Assembly: GCA_963703315.1 (NCBI GenBank) | Contig: OY969811.1 | Span: forward strand, 3,648,001 to 3,712,000 | Length of the DNA: 64,000 nucleotides | Reading direction: 5' to 3' | Source: an uncultured cyanobacterium | GTDB taxonomy: Bacteria; Cyanobacteriota; Cyanobacteriia; Pseudanabaenales; Pseudanabaenaceae | Shown here: one piece after another, positions 43,849 to 52,143 of the stretch | Layout of the letters: every line of letters starts with the position of its first letter | Position numbering within the stretch: position 1 is the first letter of the stretch | Notes under the pieces: generated by a model | What the model was told of the DNA's origin: nothing | The model's input: only the letters and a program-made list of their open reading frames with translations | Databases searched by the model: none | Program-made: the position numbers and the translations under genes

Positions 43849-46440
43849 ATGAAAGTTACGAATATCGAAGAATTGGAATCGCTGATTCAACGGGTGAAGA
43901 TTGCCCAAGCAAAATTTGCTGATTTTACCCAAGAGCAGGTCGATCGCATCTTTAAACAGGCAGCACTGGCGGCTAATGCAGCGCGGATTCCCCTAGCCAA
44001 GGCAGCAGTGAAAGAGTCGGGTATGGGCGTAATCGAAGACAAGGCGATTAAAAATCACTTTGCTTCGGAAATGATTTACAACAAGTATAAGAACGATAAA
44101 ACTTGTGGTGTAATTGAGTCGGACAAGCATTTTGGCTATGAGCGCATTGCTGAACCTGTGGGACTTTTAGCGGGGATCGTGCCTGTTACCAATCCCACAT
44201 CAACGACGATTTTCAAAGCGTTGATCTCGCTAAAAACCAGAAATGGAATTATTTTCTCGCCGCATCCCCATGCGAAGGAATGCACGATCGCCGCAGCGAA
44301 AATTGTCCTAGAGGCAGCCGTCGCCGCAGGTGCGCCCCCCGATATCATTGGCTGGATTGATGAGCCGACCGTGCCACTCTCTCAAGCCTTGATGCAGAAT
44401 CCGAACATTAAGTTGATTCTGGCAACAGGTGGACCGGGCATGGTCAAAGCCGCCTATTCTTCAGGACATCCTTCCATCGGTGTTGGTGCTGGCAATACTC
44501 CCGCGATCATTGATGAAACCGCCCATATTCAGATGGCGGTAAGTTCGATCATTCTCAGTAAGACCTTTGACAATGGCACGATTTGCGCCTCGGAACAATC
44601 GGTGGTGGTGGTTGATGCAATTTATGAAGAAGTAAGAGAGGAATTTATTAAGCGTGGGGCTTATTTCCTGAATGCAGAGGAACGCGATCTCATTCGTCAG
44701 GTGATTTTGACCGATGGGCGCTTGAATGCGGCGATTGTCGGTCAATCGGTGCAAAAAATTGCGGAAGTTGCGGGATTTACGATCGCTGACAATACTAGGG
44801 TTTTGATTGGGGAAGTTGAGGTGATCGATAAGGATGAACCCTTTGCCTATGAGAAATTGTCGCCAATTTTAGCGATGTATCGGGCGAAGGATTTCCATGA
44901 TGCAGTGGACAAAGCCGATGCCCTCGTTCTATTTGGCGGACATGGACATACTTCGGTACTGTATACGGCTCCTAATAATCAGGAACATATTCGTTATTTT
45001 GAGGCGAAGTTAGAAACATCACGGGTACTGATTAATACGCCATCGTCACAGGGGGCGATCGGTGATCTTTATAATTTCCGTCTTGATCCCTCGCTAACTC
45101 TTGGTTGTGGCTCTTGGGGTGGAAATTCCGTTTCTGCAAACGTCACGCCTCACCATTTGCTGAATGTGAAAACCGCCGCCGAACGCCGCGAGAATATGCT
45201 GTGGTTTCGCATTCCACCCAAAATTTACTTCAAATCTGGCTGCTTGCCTGTGGCATTGCGGGATCTCGCAGGCAAAAAACGCGCTTTAATTGTCACCGAT
45301 CGCCCTTTATTTGAACTTGGCTTAACTAAAGAAGTCACCGATAGCTTAGAAGAAGTCGGACTAGCTCACTACACCTTTTACGATGTCGAACCCGATCCTT
45401 CTTTGGCAACGGTGCGGAAAGGACTAGCGATCTGCAATAGTTTCCAGCCCGACGTGATCATTGCCTTTGGTGGGGGATCGCCGATGGATGCCGCCAAAAT
45501 CATGTGGCTGCTATACGAACATCCTGAAATCGAGTTTGAAGGCTTGGCGATGCGATTTATGGATATTCGCAAACGGGTCTATGAGTTGCCTCCTTTGGGC
45601 GCAAAAGCAATGCTGGTTGCTGTTCCCACCACATCGGGAACGGGTTCAGAAGTAACACCTTTTGCCGTAGTTACCGACGAAAAAACGGGGATCAAGTATC
45701 CTCTCGCTGATTATGCCTTGACTCCAAATATGGCGATCGTCGATCCCGAATTGACCGCTAATATTCCTAAACGCCTTACCGCTTACGGTGGTATTGATGC
45801 CCTCACCCATGCGATCGAGGCGTACGTTTCCGTATTGGCTTCAGAATATACCAATGGATTGTCTCTCGAAGCAATTCGTTTACTGTTCAAATATCTACCC
45901 AGTGCCTACAAGAATGGCGCAAATGATCCTAAAGCCAGAGAAAAAGTGCATTACGCCGCCACGATCGCAGGGTTAGCTTTTGCCAATGCCTTCTTAGGTG
46001 TGTGTCACTCGATCGCCCACCAATTGGGTGGTACTTGCCACATTGCTCACGGTTTGGCTAATGCCTTGATGATTAGTCATGTGATTCGTTACAACGCCAC
46101 CGATGTTCCCTTTAAGCAAGCGATCTTCTCACAGAATAAGTATCCCAATAGCAAATGGCGCTATGCAAGGATTGCCGACTATCTGAATTTAGGCGGTGCG
46201 AATGAAGAGGAAAAAGTGGTGAATCTGATTGCGGCGATCGAAGATCTCAAGCGGCAAGTGGATATTCCTGCCACGATTAAGGATGCACTGGCTGAGCAAG
46301 GTATCGGTGAAGAGTTCTTCATGGCTCATGTCGAAGATATGGCGGATCAAGCCTTTGATGATCAATGTACGGGTGCAAATCCCCGCTATCCATTGATTGC
46401 TGACCTTAAGCAGCTAATGCTACAGGCATACAGTGGTTAG
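43849..46440 (+). CDS. adhE: Bifunctional acetaldehyde-CoA/alcohol dehydrogenase
   Basis: TNPTST, ATGG, GVGAGN, ICASE, GGGSPMD, PTTSGTGSE, DALTH. Confidence 0.97.
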   Translation: MKVTNIEELESLIQRVKIAQAKFADFTQEQVDRIFKQAALAANAARIPLAKAAVKESGMGVIEDKAIKNHFASEMIYNKYKNDKTCGVIESDKHFGYERIAEPVGLLAGIVPVTNPTSTTIFKALISLKTRNGIIFSPHPHAKECTIAAAKIVLEAAVAAGAPPDIIGWIDEPTVPLSQALMQNPNIKLILATGGPGMVKAAYSSGHPSIGVGAGNTPAIIDETAHIQMAVSSIILSKTFDNGTICASEQSVVVVDAIYEEVREEFIKRGAYFLNAEERDLIRQVILTDGRLNAAIVGQSVQKIAEVAGFTIADNTRVLIGEVEVIDKDEPFAYEKLSPILAMYRAKDFHDAVDKADALVLFGGHGHTSVLYTAPNNQEHIRYFEAKLETSRVLINTPSSQGAIGDLYNFRLDPSLTLGCGSWGGNSVSANVTPHHLLNVKTAAERRENMLWFRIPPKIYFKSGCLPVALRDLAGKKRALIVTDRPLFELGLTKEVTDSLEEVGLAHYTFYDVEPDPSLATVRKGLAICNSFQPDVIIAFGGGSPMDAAKIMWLLYEHPEIEFEGLAMRFMDIRKRVYELPPLGAKAMLVAVPTTSGTGSEVTPFAVVTDEKTGIKYPLADYALTPNMAIVDPELTANIPKRLTAYGGIDALTHAIEAYVSVLASEYTNGLSLEAIRLLFKYLPSAYKNGANDPKAREKVHYAATIAGLAFANAFLGVCHSIAHQLGGTCHIAHGLANALMISHVIRYNATDVPFKQAIFSQNKYPNSKWRYARIADYLNLGGANEEEKVVNLIAAIEDLKRQVDIPATIKDALAEQGIGEEFFMAHVEDMADQAFDDQCTGANPRYPLIADLKQLMLQAYSG

Positions 46441-46441
46441 G

Positions 46442-46488
46442 TAAATAATGAGTGATGCGCGGCTAAGCCGCGCATCACTCATTATTTA
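46442..46488 (+). terminator. 22-bp perfect hairpin after adhE
   Basis: TAAATAATGAGTGATGCGCGGC-TAA-GCCGCGCATCACTCATTATTTA. Confidence 0.6.
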
Positions 46489-46599
46489 TTGGGAATAGAT
46501 TATTTTGGCGATCGCCAAAATCCTTAACATAACTTAGCTTGACATTATACATAGGTATAAACTCTAGGATACTGCCACATAAGTTTTGTGGAAATGCCG

Positions 46600-47328
46600 A
46601 TGAGTCACCTAGCTACCCGTCTACGCGAAGGTACGCAAAAATCCCATACTGCTGCCGAGAATACTGCATTTATGAAGTGCTTTCTCAAAGGCATTGTCGA
46701 GATCGTTCCTTTTAGAAAATTATTAGCAAATCTCTATCTTGTTTACAGTACACTCGAAGCAGAATTAAAGTGTCATTCGCAACATCCCATAGTTGGGAAA
46801 ATGCATTTTCCAGAACTTGATCGCCAACAAAGTTTAGAACAGGATTTAGCTTTCTATTATGGCGATAATTGGCGATCGCAAATTGTGCCTTTAAACGCTG
46901 GACAGGCTTATGTTGATCGCCTCAAGGAAATTTCTAATACTTATCCTGAACTACTGATTGCCCATTCCTATACGCGCTATATGGGCGATCTTTCAGGTGG
47001 TCAAGCCTTGAAGCATATTGTGCGTTCGGCTCTGGATTTGCCTAGCGATCGCGGTACAACTTTTTATGAATTTGACCAATTGCCGACGGTAGAAGCAAAG
47101 CGGGACTTTAAAGAGAAATATCGTCAAGCTTTAGATTCTCTTTCTTTGGATGAAGCAACGATTTTAGCAATTGTAGAAGAAGCAAATTACGCTTTTACCC
47201 TCAATCGGAATGTGGTCGATGAGTTGGAAGCAGATGTTAAAGCCGTACTTGATCCCCATGTATTTGAATTGCTGACTAAGCAGGATCGGGCAGGTAGCAC
47301 TGAGCGCCATCATAGTCACGCTGCATAG
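46600..47328 (+). CDS. Heme oxygenase (biliverdin-producing), low-O2 HO2-type by context
   Basis: LREGT.KSH..AEN, YTRYMGDLSGGQ, EEANYAF.LN. Confidence 0.92.
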   Translation: MSHLATRLREGTQKSHTAAENTAFMKCFLKGIVEIVPFRKLLANLYLVYSTLEAELKCHSQHPIVGKMHFPELDRQQSLEQDLAFYYGDNWRSQIVPLNAGQAYVDRLKEISNTYPELLIAHSYTRYMGDLSGGQALKHIVRSALDLPSDRGTTFYEFDQLPTVEAKRDFKEKYRQALDSLSLDEATILAIVEEANYAFTLNRNVVDELEADVKAVLDPHVFELLTKQDRAGSTERHHSHAA

Positions 47329-47334
47329 AAATCA

Positions 47335-47369
47335 TCAGAATAAACAGCGCTTCGCGCTGTTTATTCTGA
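47335..47369. repeat. Perfect intercistronic hairpin
   Basis: TCAGAATAAACAGCGC-TTC-GCGCTGTTTATTCTGA. Confidence 0.65.
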
Positions 47370-47391
47370 AATATTTATAGGAATTGAATGA

Positions 47392-48792
47392 ATGACTACA
47401 ACCACACAGACAGTTAAATTTGATATTAATCTCTTACATAAATATAATCAGCCCGTCCCCAGATATACCAGTTATCCCCCCGCAACAGAGTTAAACGAAA
47501 ACTTTCAACAAATCGATTTTCGAGGCGCGATCACGGCAGGTAATTTGCAGAAAACGCCTTTATCTCTCTATGCTCACATTCCCTTTTGTGATACCCCCTG
47601 TTATTTCTGCGGTTGCAATACTGTAATTAGCACTCGCAAGGAAATTGCGGAACCTTATTTAGGTTATCTAATTCGCCATATTGAGCAGGTTGCGGCAACG
47701 GTAGATCGCGATCGCCTAGTCCAGCAAATGCACTGGGGCGGAGGCACTCCTAACTATTTCTCCTTTGATCAAGTGGAAAGATTATGGCAAAGTTTTCAAT
47801 CGCATTTTACTTTTGCCGCCGATGCGGAAATTTCCATTGAAGTAAACCCGCGATCGCTGACTAAGGAATATTTACAAGGTTTACGCAATCTCGGTTTTAA
47901 CCGCATCAGTTTTGGCATTCAGGATTTTAATCCACAGGTTCAAGAAGCAGTTAATCGCATTCAGCCCGAAGAGATGCTATTTGAAGGAATGCGTTGGATG
48001 CGTGAAGTGGGCTTTGAAGGTGTGAATGTCGATTTAATCTATGGCTTACCCTATCAAACCCTAGAGACATTCCGCGAAACCCTCGATAAAACCATTGCTC
48101 TTGATCCCGATCGCATTGCGGTATTTAATTTTGCTTATGTGCCTTGGCTAAAGCCATTGCAGAAAAAGAAGATCGATCCCAACACTTTGCCTTCCCCTGA
48201 AGAGAAGTTGCAAATTATGCAAATGACAATTGAGACTTTAACCAATCATGGTTATGTATTTATTGGCATGGATCACTTTGCTAAGCCCAATGATGAATTG
48301 GCGATCGCCCAACGTCAAGGCAACTTACATCGCAATTTCCAAGGCTATACCACCAAGCCCGAATCTGATCTTTTAGGCTTTGGCATGACTTCTATCAGTA
48401 TGCTCCAAAATGTCTATACCCAAAATCATAAAGGGATACAGGACTTTTACAAAGCGATCGATGCAGGGCAATTACCGATTGAGCGTGGTGTCACCCTCAA
48501 TGCCGATGATATTTTGCGGCGTTCGATCATTATGGAATTGATGTGTCAATTTGAACTATCCCAGCAAGAAATTGAAGCCAAATATCATTTAACCTGCGAT
48601 CGCGATTTTGGTAAATATTTTGAGCCAGAACGCTTGAAACTGCGTCAGTTGGAAGCTGATGGTTTGATCGAACTAGAACGCGATCGCATTGAAGTCACTC
48701 CTGCGGGAAGGTTACTAATTCGCAATATTGCCTCGGTCTTTGATAGCTATCTCGCCAAAAATGACATAGGAAGATTCTCGAAATCAATTTAA
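47392..48792 (+). CDS. hemN: Oxygen-independent coproporphyrinogen III oxidase
   Basis: PRYTSYP, HIPFC..CYFCGC, GGGTP, GMDHF, RNFQGY. Confidence 0.96.
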   Translation: MTTTTQTVKFDINLLHKYNQPVPRYTSYPPATELNENFQQIDFRGAITAGNLQKTPLSLYAHIPFCDTPCYFCGCNTVISTRKEIAEPYLGYLIRHIEQVAATVDRDRLVQQMHWGGGTPNYFSFDQVERLWQSFQSHFTFAADAEISIEVNPRSLTKEYLQGLRNLGFNRISFGIQDFNPQVQEAVNRIQPEEMLFEGMRWMREVGFEGVNVDLIYGLPYQTLETFRETLDKTIALDPDRIAVFNFAYVPWLKPLQKKKIDPNTLPSPEEKLQIMQMTIETLTNHGYVFIGMDHFAKPNDELAIAQRQGNLHRNFQGYTTKPESDLLGFGMTSISMLQNVYTQNHKGIQDFYKAIDAGQLPIERGVTLNADDILRRSIIMELMCQFELSQQEIEAKYHLTCDRDFGKYFEPERLKLRQLEADGLIELERDRIEVTPAGRLLIRNIASVFDSYLAKNDIGRFSKSI

Positions 48793-48796
48793 ATCT

Positions 48797-49216
48797 ATGA
48801 CCACTACTTTGACAAAACCGATCGCTTACTGGCAACAAGAATATGTAACTGGTAACTCACAGGTTGATGGACAACATCAGCAAATCTTTGAGATTGTCAA
48901 TGCCCTCCATGATGCTGTAATTACCAAGAAAAATGTTTATAGATTACAAGATCTTCTGGAATGTCTAGCCAATCACACCATCGAACATTTTCAAACGGAA
49001 GAGTCTTTGATGATGGCAGTGGACTATCCCGATTATGATCGCCACAAGCAAACCCACGATAACTTGGTAGCCAAAGTCGATAATTTACTTCTCAAATTTC
49101 GCGATCGGAATACAAAAGTCATCACCACAGAAATCACTCAATTTCTCACTGAATGGTTGGCTCACCATATCAAAGGCGAAGACCAGAAAATGATTCAGTT
49201 TTTGCAAAATAATTGA
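48797..49216 (+). CDS. Bacteriohemerythrin
   Basis: D.QH, HF..EE, H...H, WL.HHI..ED di-iron ligands. Confidence 0.92.
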   Translation: MTTTLTKPIAYWQQEYVTGNSQVDGQHQQIFEIVNALHDAVITKKNVYRLQDLLECLANHTIEHFQTEESLMMAVDYPDYDRHKQTHDNLVAKVDNLLLKFRDRNTKVITTEITQFLTEWLAHHIKGEDQKMIQFLQNN

Positions 49217-49249
49217 TCCCTCCTCCCAGCCCCTTAAATAATTACTACT

Positions 49250-50326
49250 ATGGTTTCCATTCAATCTCGCCCCGAACCTGAACTACTCCGTGATGGCATC
49301 AAAGTTCCTGTTAAAGAAACCCTCTTAACTCCCAGATTCTATACCACTGACTATGACAAGGTTGCAAAGATGGATACTTCTTTGCAGCAAGCGGAACTCG
49401 AAGCCGTTGTCGAAGAACTGCGTACCGACTACAATCGCAATCACTTCAAACGCGACCAAGAATTTGAACAATCTTGGGAGCATATTGATCAAGAAACCCG
49501 TGCTGCCTTCATTGACTTTTTAGAACGTTCTTGCACCTCTGAGTTTTCAGGTTTTTTGCTATTTAAGGAATTATCCCGTCAACTCAAAGATCGGAATCCT
49601 TTACTATCTGAAGCTTTTAACCTCATGGCAAGAGATGAAGCACGCCATGCAGGCTTCTTAAATAAAGCAATGAAGGATTTTCATTTGTCGCTAGATTTGG
49701 TCAATATGACTAAAAAACGTAGCTATACCTTCTTCAAGCCAGAATGGGTAATCTATTCCGTTTATCTGTCTGAGAAGATTGGTTACTGGCGCTATATTCT
49801 CGTGCATTATCATATGCAAAATCATCCTGAAAACCGCTTCTATCCTCTATTCAAATATTTTGAAAGCTGGTGTCAAGATGAGAACCGTCATGGTGATTTC
49901 TTTAAAGTACTATTGCGATCGCAGCCTGATTTATGGGGTACATGGCAAGCCAAACTCTGGGCGCGTTTCTTCCTCTTGACGGTATTTGCCACCCATACAA
50001 TCACCGTATTTGAACGGGCTGATTTCTATAAATCCATTGGTTTAGATGCTCGCCAATACAATAAAGAAGTCGTGGTCAATACCAATCACACCGCCATTAG
50101 TGCCTTCCCTGCGGTACTAGATACCAGTCATCCCGACTTTTTCCCTAGATTAGAGAAATGTGTTGATTATAATTTCAAGTTGATGGCAATTAATGAAAGC
50201 GATCGCCCTCAATTTGTGAAGACCTTACAGAAGTTACCTTTATTCTTGGCGATTGTCTGGCAGTTGCTATTGGTGTATTTAATCAAGCCCATTGATGCTG
50301 AAGCTCAACGTGGCAAAGTTCATTAA
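49250..50326 (+). CDS. acsF: Mg-protoporphyrin IX monomethyl ester oxidative cyclase
   Basis: LLTPRFYTTD, EFSGFLL, RDEARHAG, LSEKIGYWRY, QDENRHGD. Confidence 0.96.
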   Translation: MVSIQSRPEPELLRDGIKVPVKETLLTPRFYTTDYDKVAKMDTSLQQAELEAVVEELRTDYNRNHFKRDQEFEQSWEHIDQETRAAFIDFLERSCTSEFSGFLLFKELSRQLKDRNPLLSEAFNLMARDEARHAGFLNKAMKDFHLSLDLVNMTKKRSYTFFKPEWVIYSVYLSEKIGYWRYILVHYHMQNHPENRFYPLFKYFESWCQDENRHGDFFKVLLRSQPDLWGTWQAKLWARFFLLTVFATHTITVFERADFYKSIGLDARQYNKEVVVNTNHTAISAFPAVLDTSHPDFFPRLEKCVDYNFKLMAINESDRPQFVKTLQKLPLFLAIVWQLLLVYLIKPIDAEAQRGKVH

Positions 50327-50360
50327 CAAAAAAAGCGGTGCAATGCACCGCTTTTTTTTG
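50325..50360. terminator. Bidirectional terminator hairpin
   Basis: AAAAAAAGCGGTGC-AAT-GCACCGCTTTTTTTT between convergent genes. Confidence 0.75.
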
Positions 50361-50361
50361 T

Positions 50362-50446
50362 TATAGCGCTTTTCAAGCAAGCGAGTTACACAGAATTGTT
50401 TCCCCGCCAAAGGTTGGGAAACAATTCTGTACTTCATAGCGTTATA
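50362..50446. mobile_element. Second, inverted and partly deleted copy of the 34605 MITE
   Basis: TATAGCGCTTTTCAAGCAAGCGAGTTACA...GTACTTCA matches the reverse complement of the 34605 element. Confidence 0.8.
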
Positions 50447-51503
50447 CGCCAACAGGTGCAGGAATATTACTGAAAGCGCCAACAGAAGGCTTGTTAAATA
50501 CTTGAGCAAGTTGACGAGGAGCGCGATCGCACCAGTTCTTCTTACCATAGACATAACCAGCAATCAAAGGCAATGCCACAGTTGCTTCCGAGTAAACCAT
50601 TTGCTCTTGAACAATATCAACCTTGCCCCAAGAATGTGCTTCCTTCAAAGTCGAACCCGATAGAGCGCCATCGCGTTCATCAGCAACGGTGATTTGGACA
50701 GCATACTTGTGCATTGCTGCCTCAAAACCAAGCAACTCGGCAGCTACTACAGTATCTTGAGCAAAGTTCTTGGGAACACCACCACCGATCATAAATAGAC
50801 CAGTGTGAGGACTTGCCAACTTGCACTGAGTCAATTCACGGAAGTCACGAACGGAGTCAATGCTAACGTGTTCTTCAGGAGAGAACCACTGATGATGGAC
50901 TAAGCCAAAACCTGCGGAACAATCGCTGAAAGCGGGAACGAAGATAGGAACTTGATGCTCGTAAGCTGCCAATACGACAGAGTGACGGTTTTTAGCATTT
51001 TTGTCGAGATATGCACCCATCTCATGGATGAACTCGCGAGAAGAGTAAGGGCGAGGAGGAAGGGAATTAGCAATTTTAGCGATCGTCATGTCGCAAATAC
51101 GCAATTCATCTTCATCGATGTAGGTGTCATAGATGCGATCGATCGCATTTTCGCGGAGTACGGTATCGTCCGCAAAGGTGTCACCAACGTAGTGATTAAA
51201 ACCGAGGGCTTCAAAGAAATCTTGGTCAACGATGTTTGCGCCTGTAGAGACAATCATGTCTACCATGTTGTTGGCGATTAGGTCGTAGACAACACCCTTG
51301 AGTCCCGCACTAAATAAAGAACCTGCCAAGCACAAGATGATCGCGCAATCTTTGTCCTTGATCATATCGTCATAGATATGCGCTGCACGTCCAAGGTTAC
51401 GACCTTGAAAAGCAGTATTTGCCATTGCGTCAACCAATCCGACCACATCAAAGGATTTGATGTCAATGTGTTTTACAGTCTGCTTAAGTAGTTCGCGTTT
51501 CAT
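50442..51503 (-). CDS. Deoxyhypusine-synthase-like polyamine synthase
   Basis: VSTGAN, DRIYDT, PAFSD, IGGGVPKNFAQ, DGALSG.T..EA.SWGK. Confidence 0.9.
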   Translation of the reverse strand: MKRELLKQTVKHIDIKSFDVVGLVDAMANTAFQGRNLGRAAHIYDDMIKDKDCAIILCLAGSLFSAGLKGVVYDLIANNMVDMIVSTGANIVDQDFFEALGFNHYVGDTFADDTVLRENAIDRIYDTYIDEDELRICDMTIAKIANSLPPRPYSSREFIHEMGAYLDKNAKNRHSVVLAAYEHQVPIFVPAFSDCSAGFGLVHHQWFSPEEHVSIDSVRDFRELTQCKLASPHTGLFMIGGGVPKNFAQDTVVAAELLGFEAAMHKYAVQITVADERDGALSGSTLKEAHSWGKVDIVQEQMVYSEATVALPLIAGYVYGKKNWCDRAPRQLAQVFNKPSVGAFSNIPAPVGV

Positions 51504-51565
51504 GATTCTGTTTGTCCTAGATGCTGTGTGTTGTAAATGTATGCAGGAAAAAAATTTGAGCAGAA

Positions 51566-51748
51566 TTCAATAACAAAACAAGCAGAATCACATACCTATG
51601 GGCTAGGAAATTTTCTCCGCGATAATGTTGGCTTTATGCTTGACAGTCACAATCATTTATCAGTAAAGATGTGATCAAGATAAAAACATTACACACAGAA
51701 ATTTCCTATCCCCAAAGGATTGATTTCTAATGCCTATTCAGTTTTGAA
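51566..51748 (-). ncRNA. Candidate structured 5' leader RNA (183-nt rod hairpin)
   Basis: Long imperfect inverted repeat with several G-U pairs on the minus strand. Confidence 0.5.
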
Positions 51749-52143
51749 AAATATTTAGCCTTCTCTAAATAATGAGAAGCGATCGACCTAGGTTGTTAAC
51801 AGTGGTTACAACCCTAGCAGTTAGAAGGTCGATCGGAACATACTAGGTCCTTCACAGGCATCATCCCAAGAAAGAGTAGGGTCAGACTCACGTCTTTCAC
51901 CCAACTTTAAATTGAGGAGCCAGTCACATCCAAGCAATAAAACCAGTTTTTTCAATTTTTATCTAGCTAAGTGCAAAAAATCCTTATTTATAATAGCACT
52001 CTTTTTGATAAATACAAGCAAAATGGCGCTAGAGAATTTATGTGTAAATAAGTTTAACTTTGTATCAGGAGACTTGTAGAGACTTAAGCCTCCTTCTTGA
52101 AACAAAGATTGAAACAAAGACGTATTTTCATACAGGGACGATC

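Noticed and set aside
51780..51950. Known riboswitch (guanidine-I, c-di-AMP, cobalamin, glutamine) or 6S RNA
   Set aside because: Only short fragments resemble the consensus motifs and not in the right order or strand; a cmscan run is needed to exclude them formally
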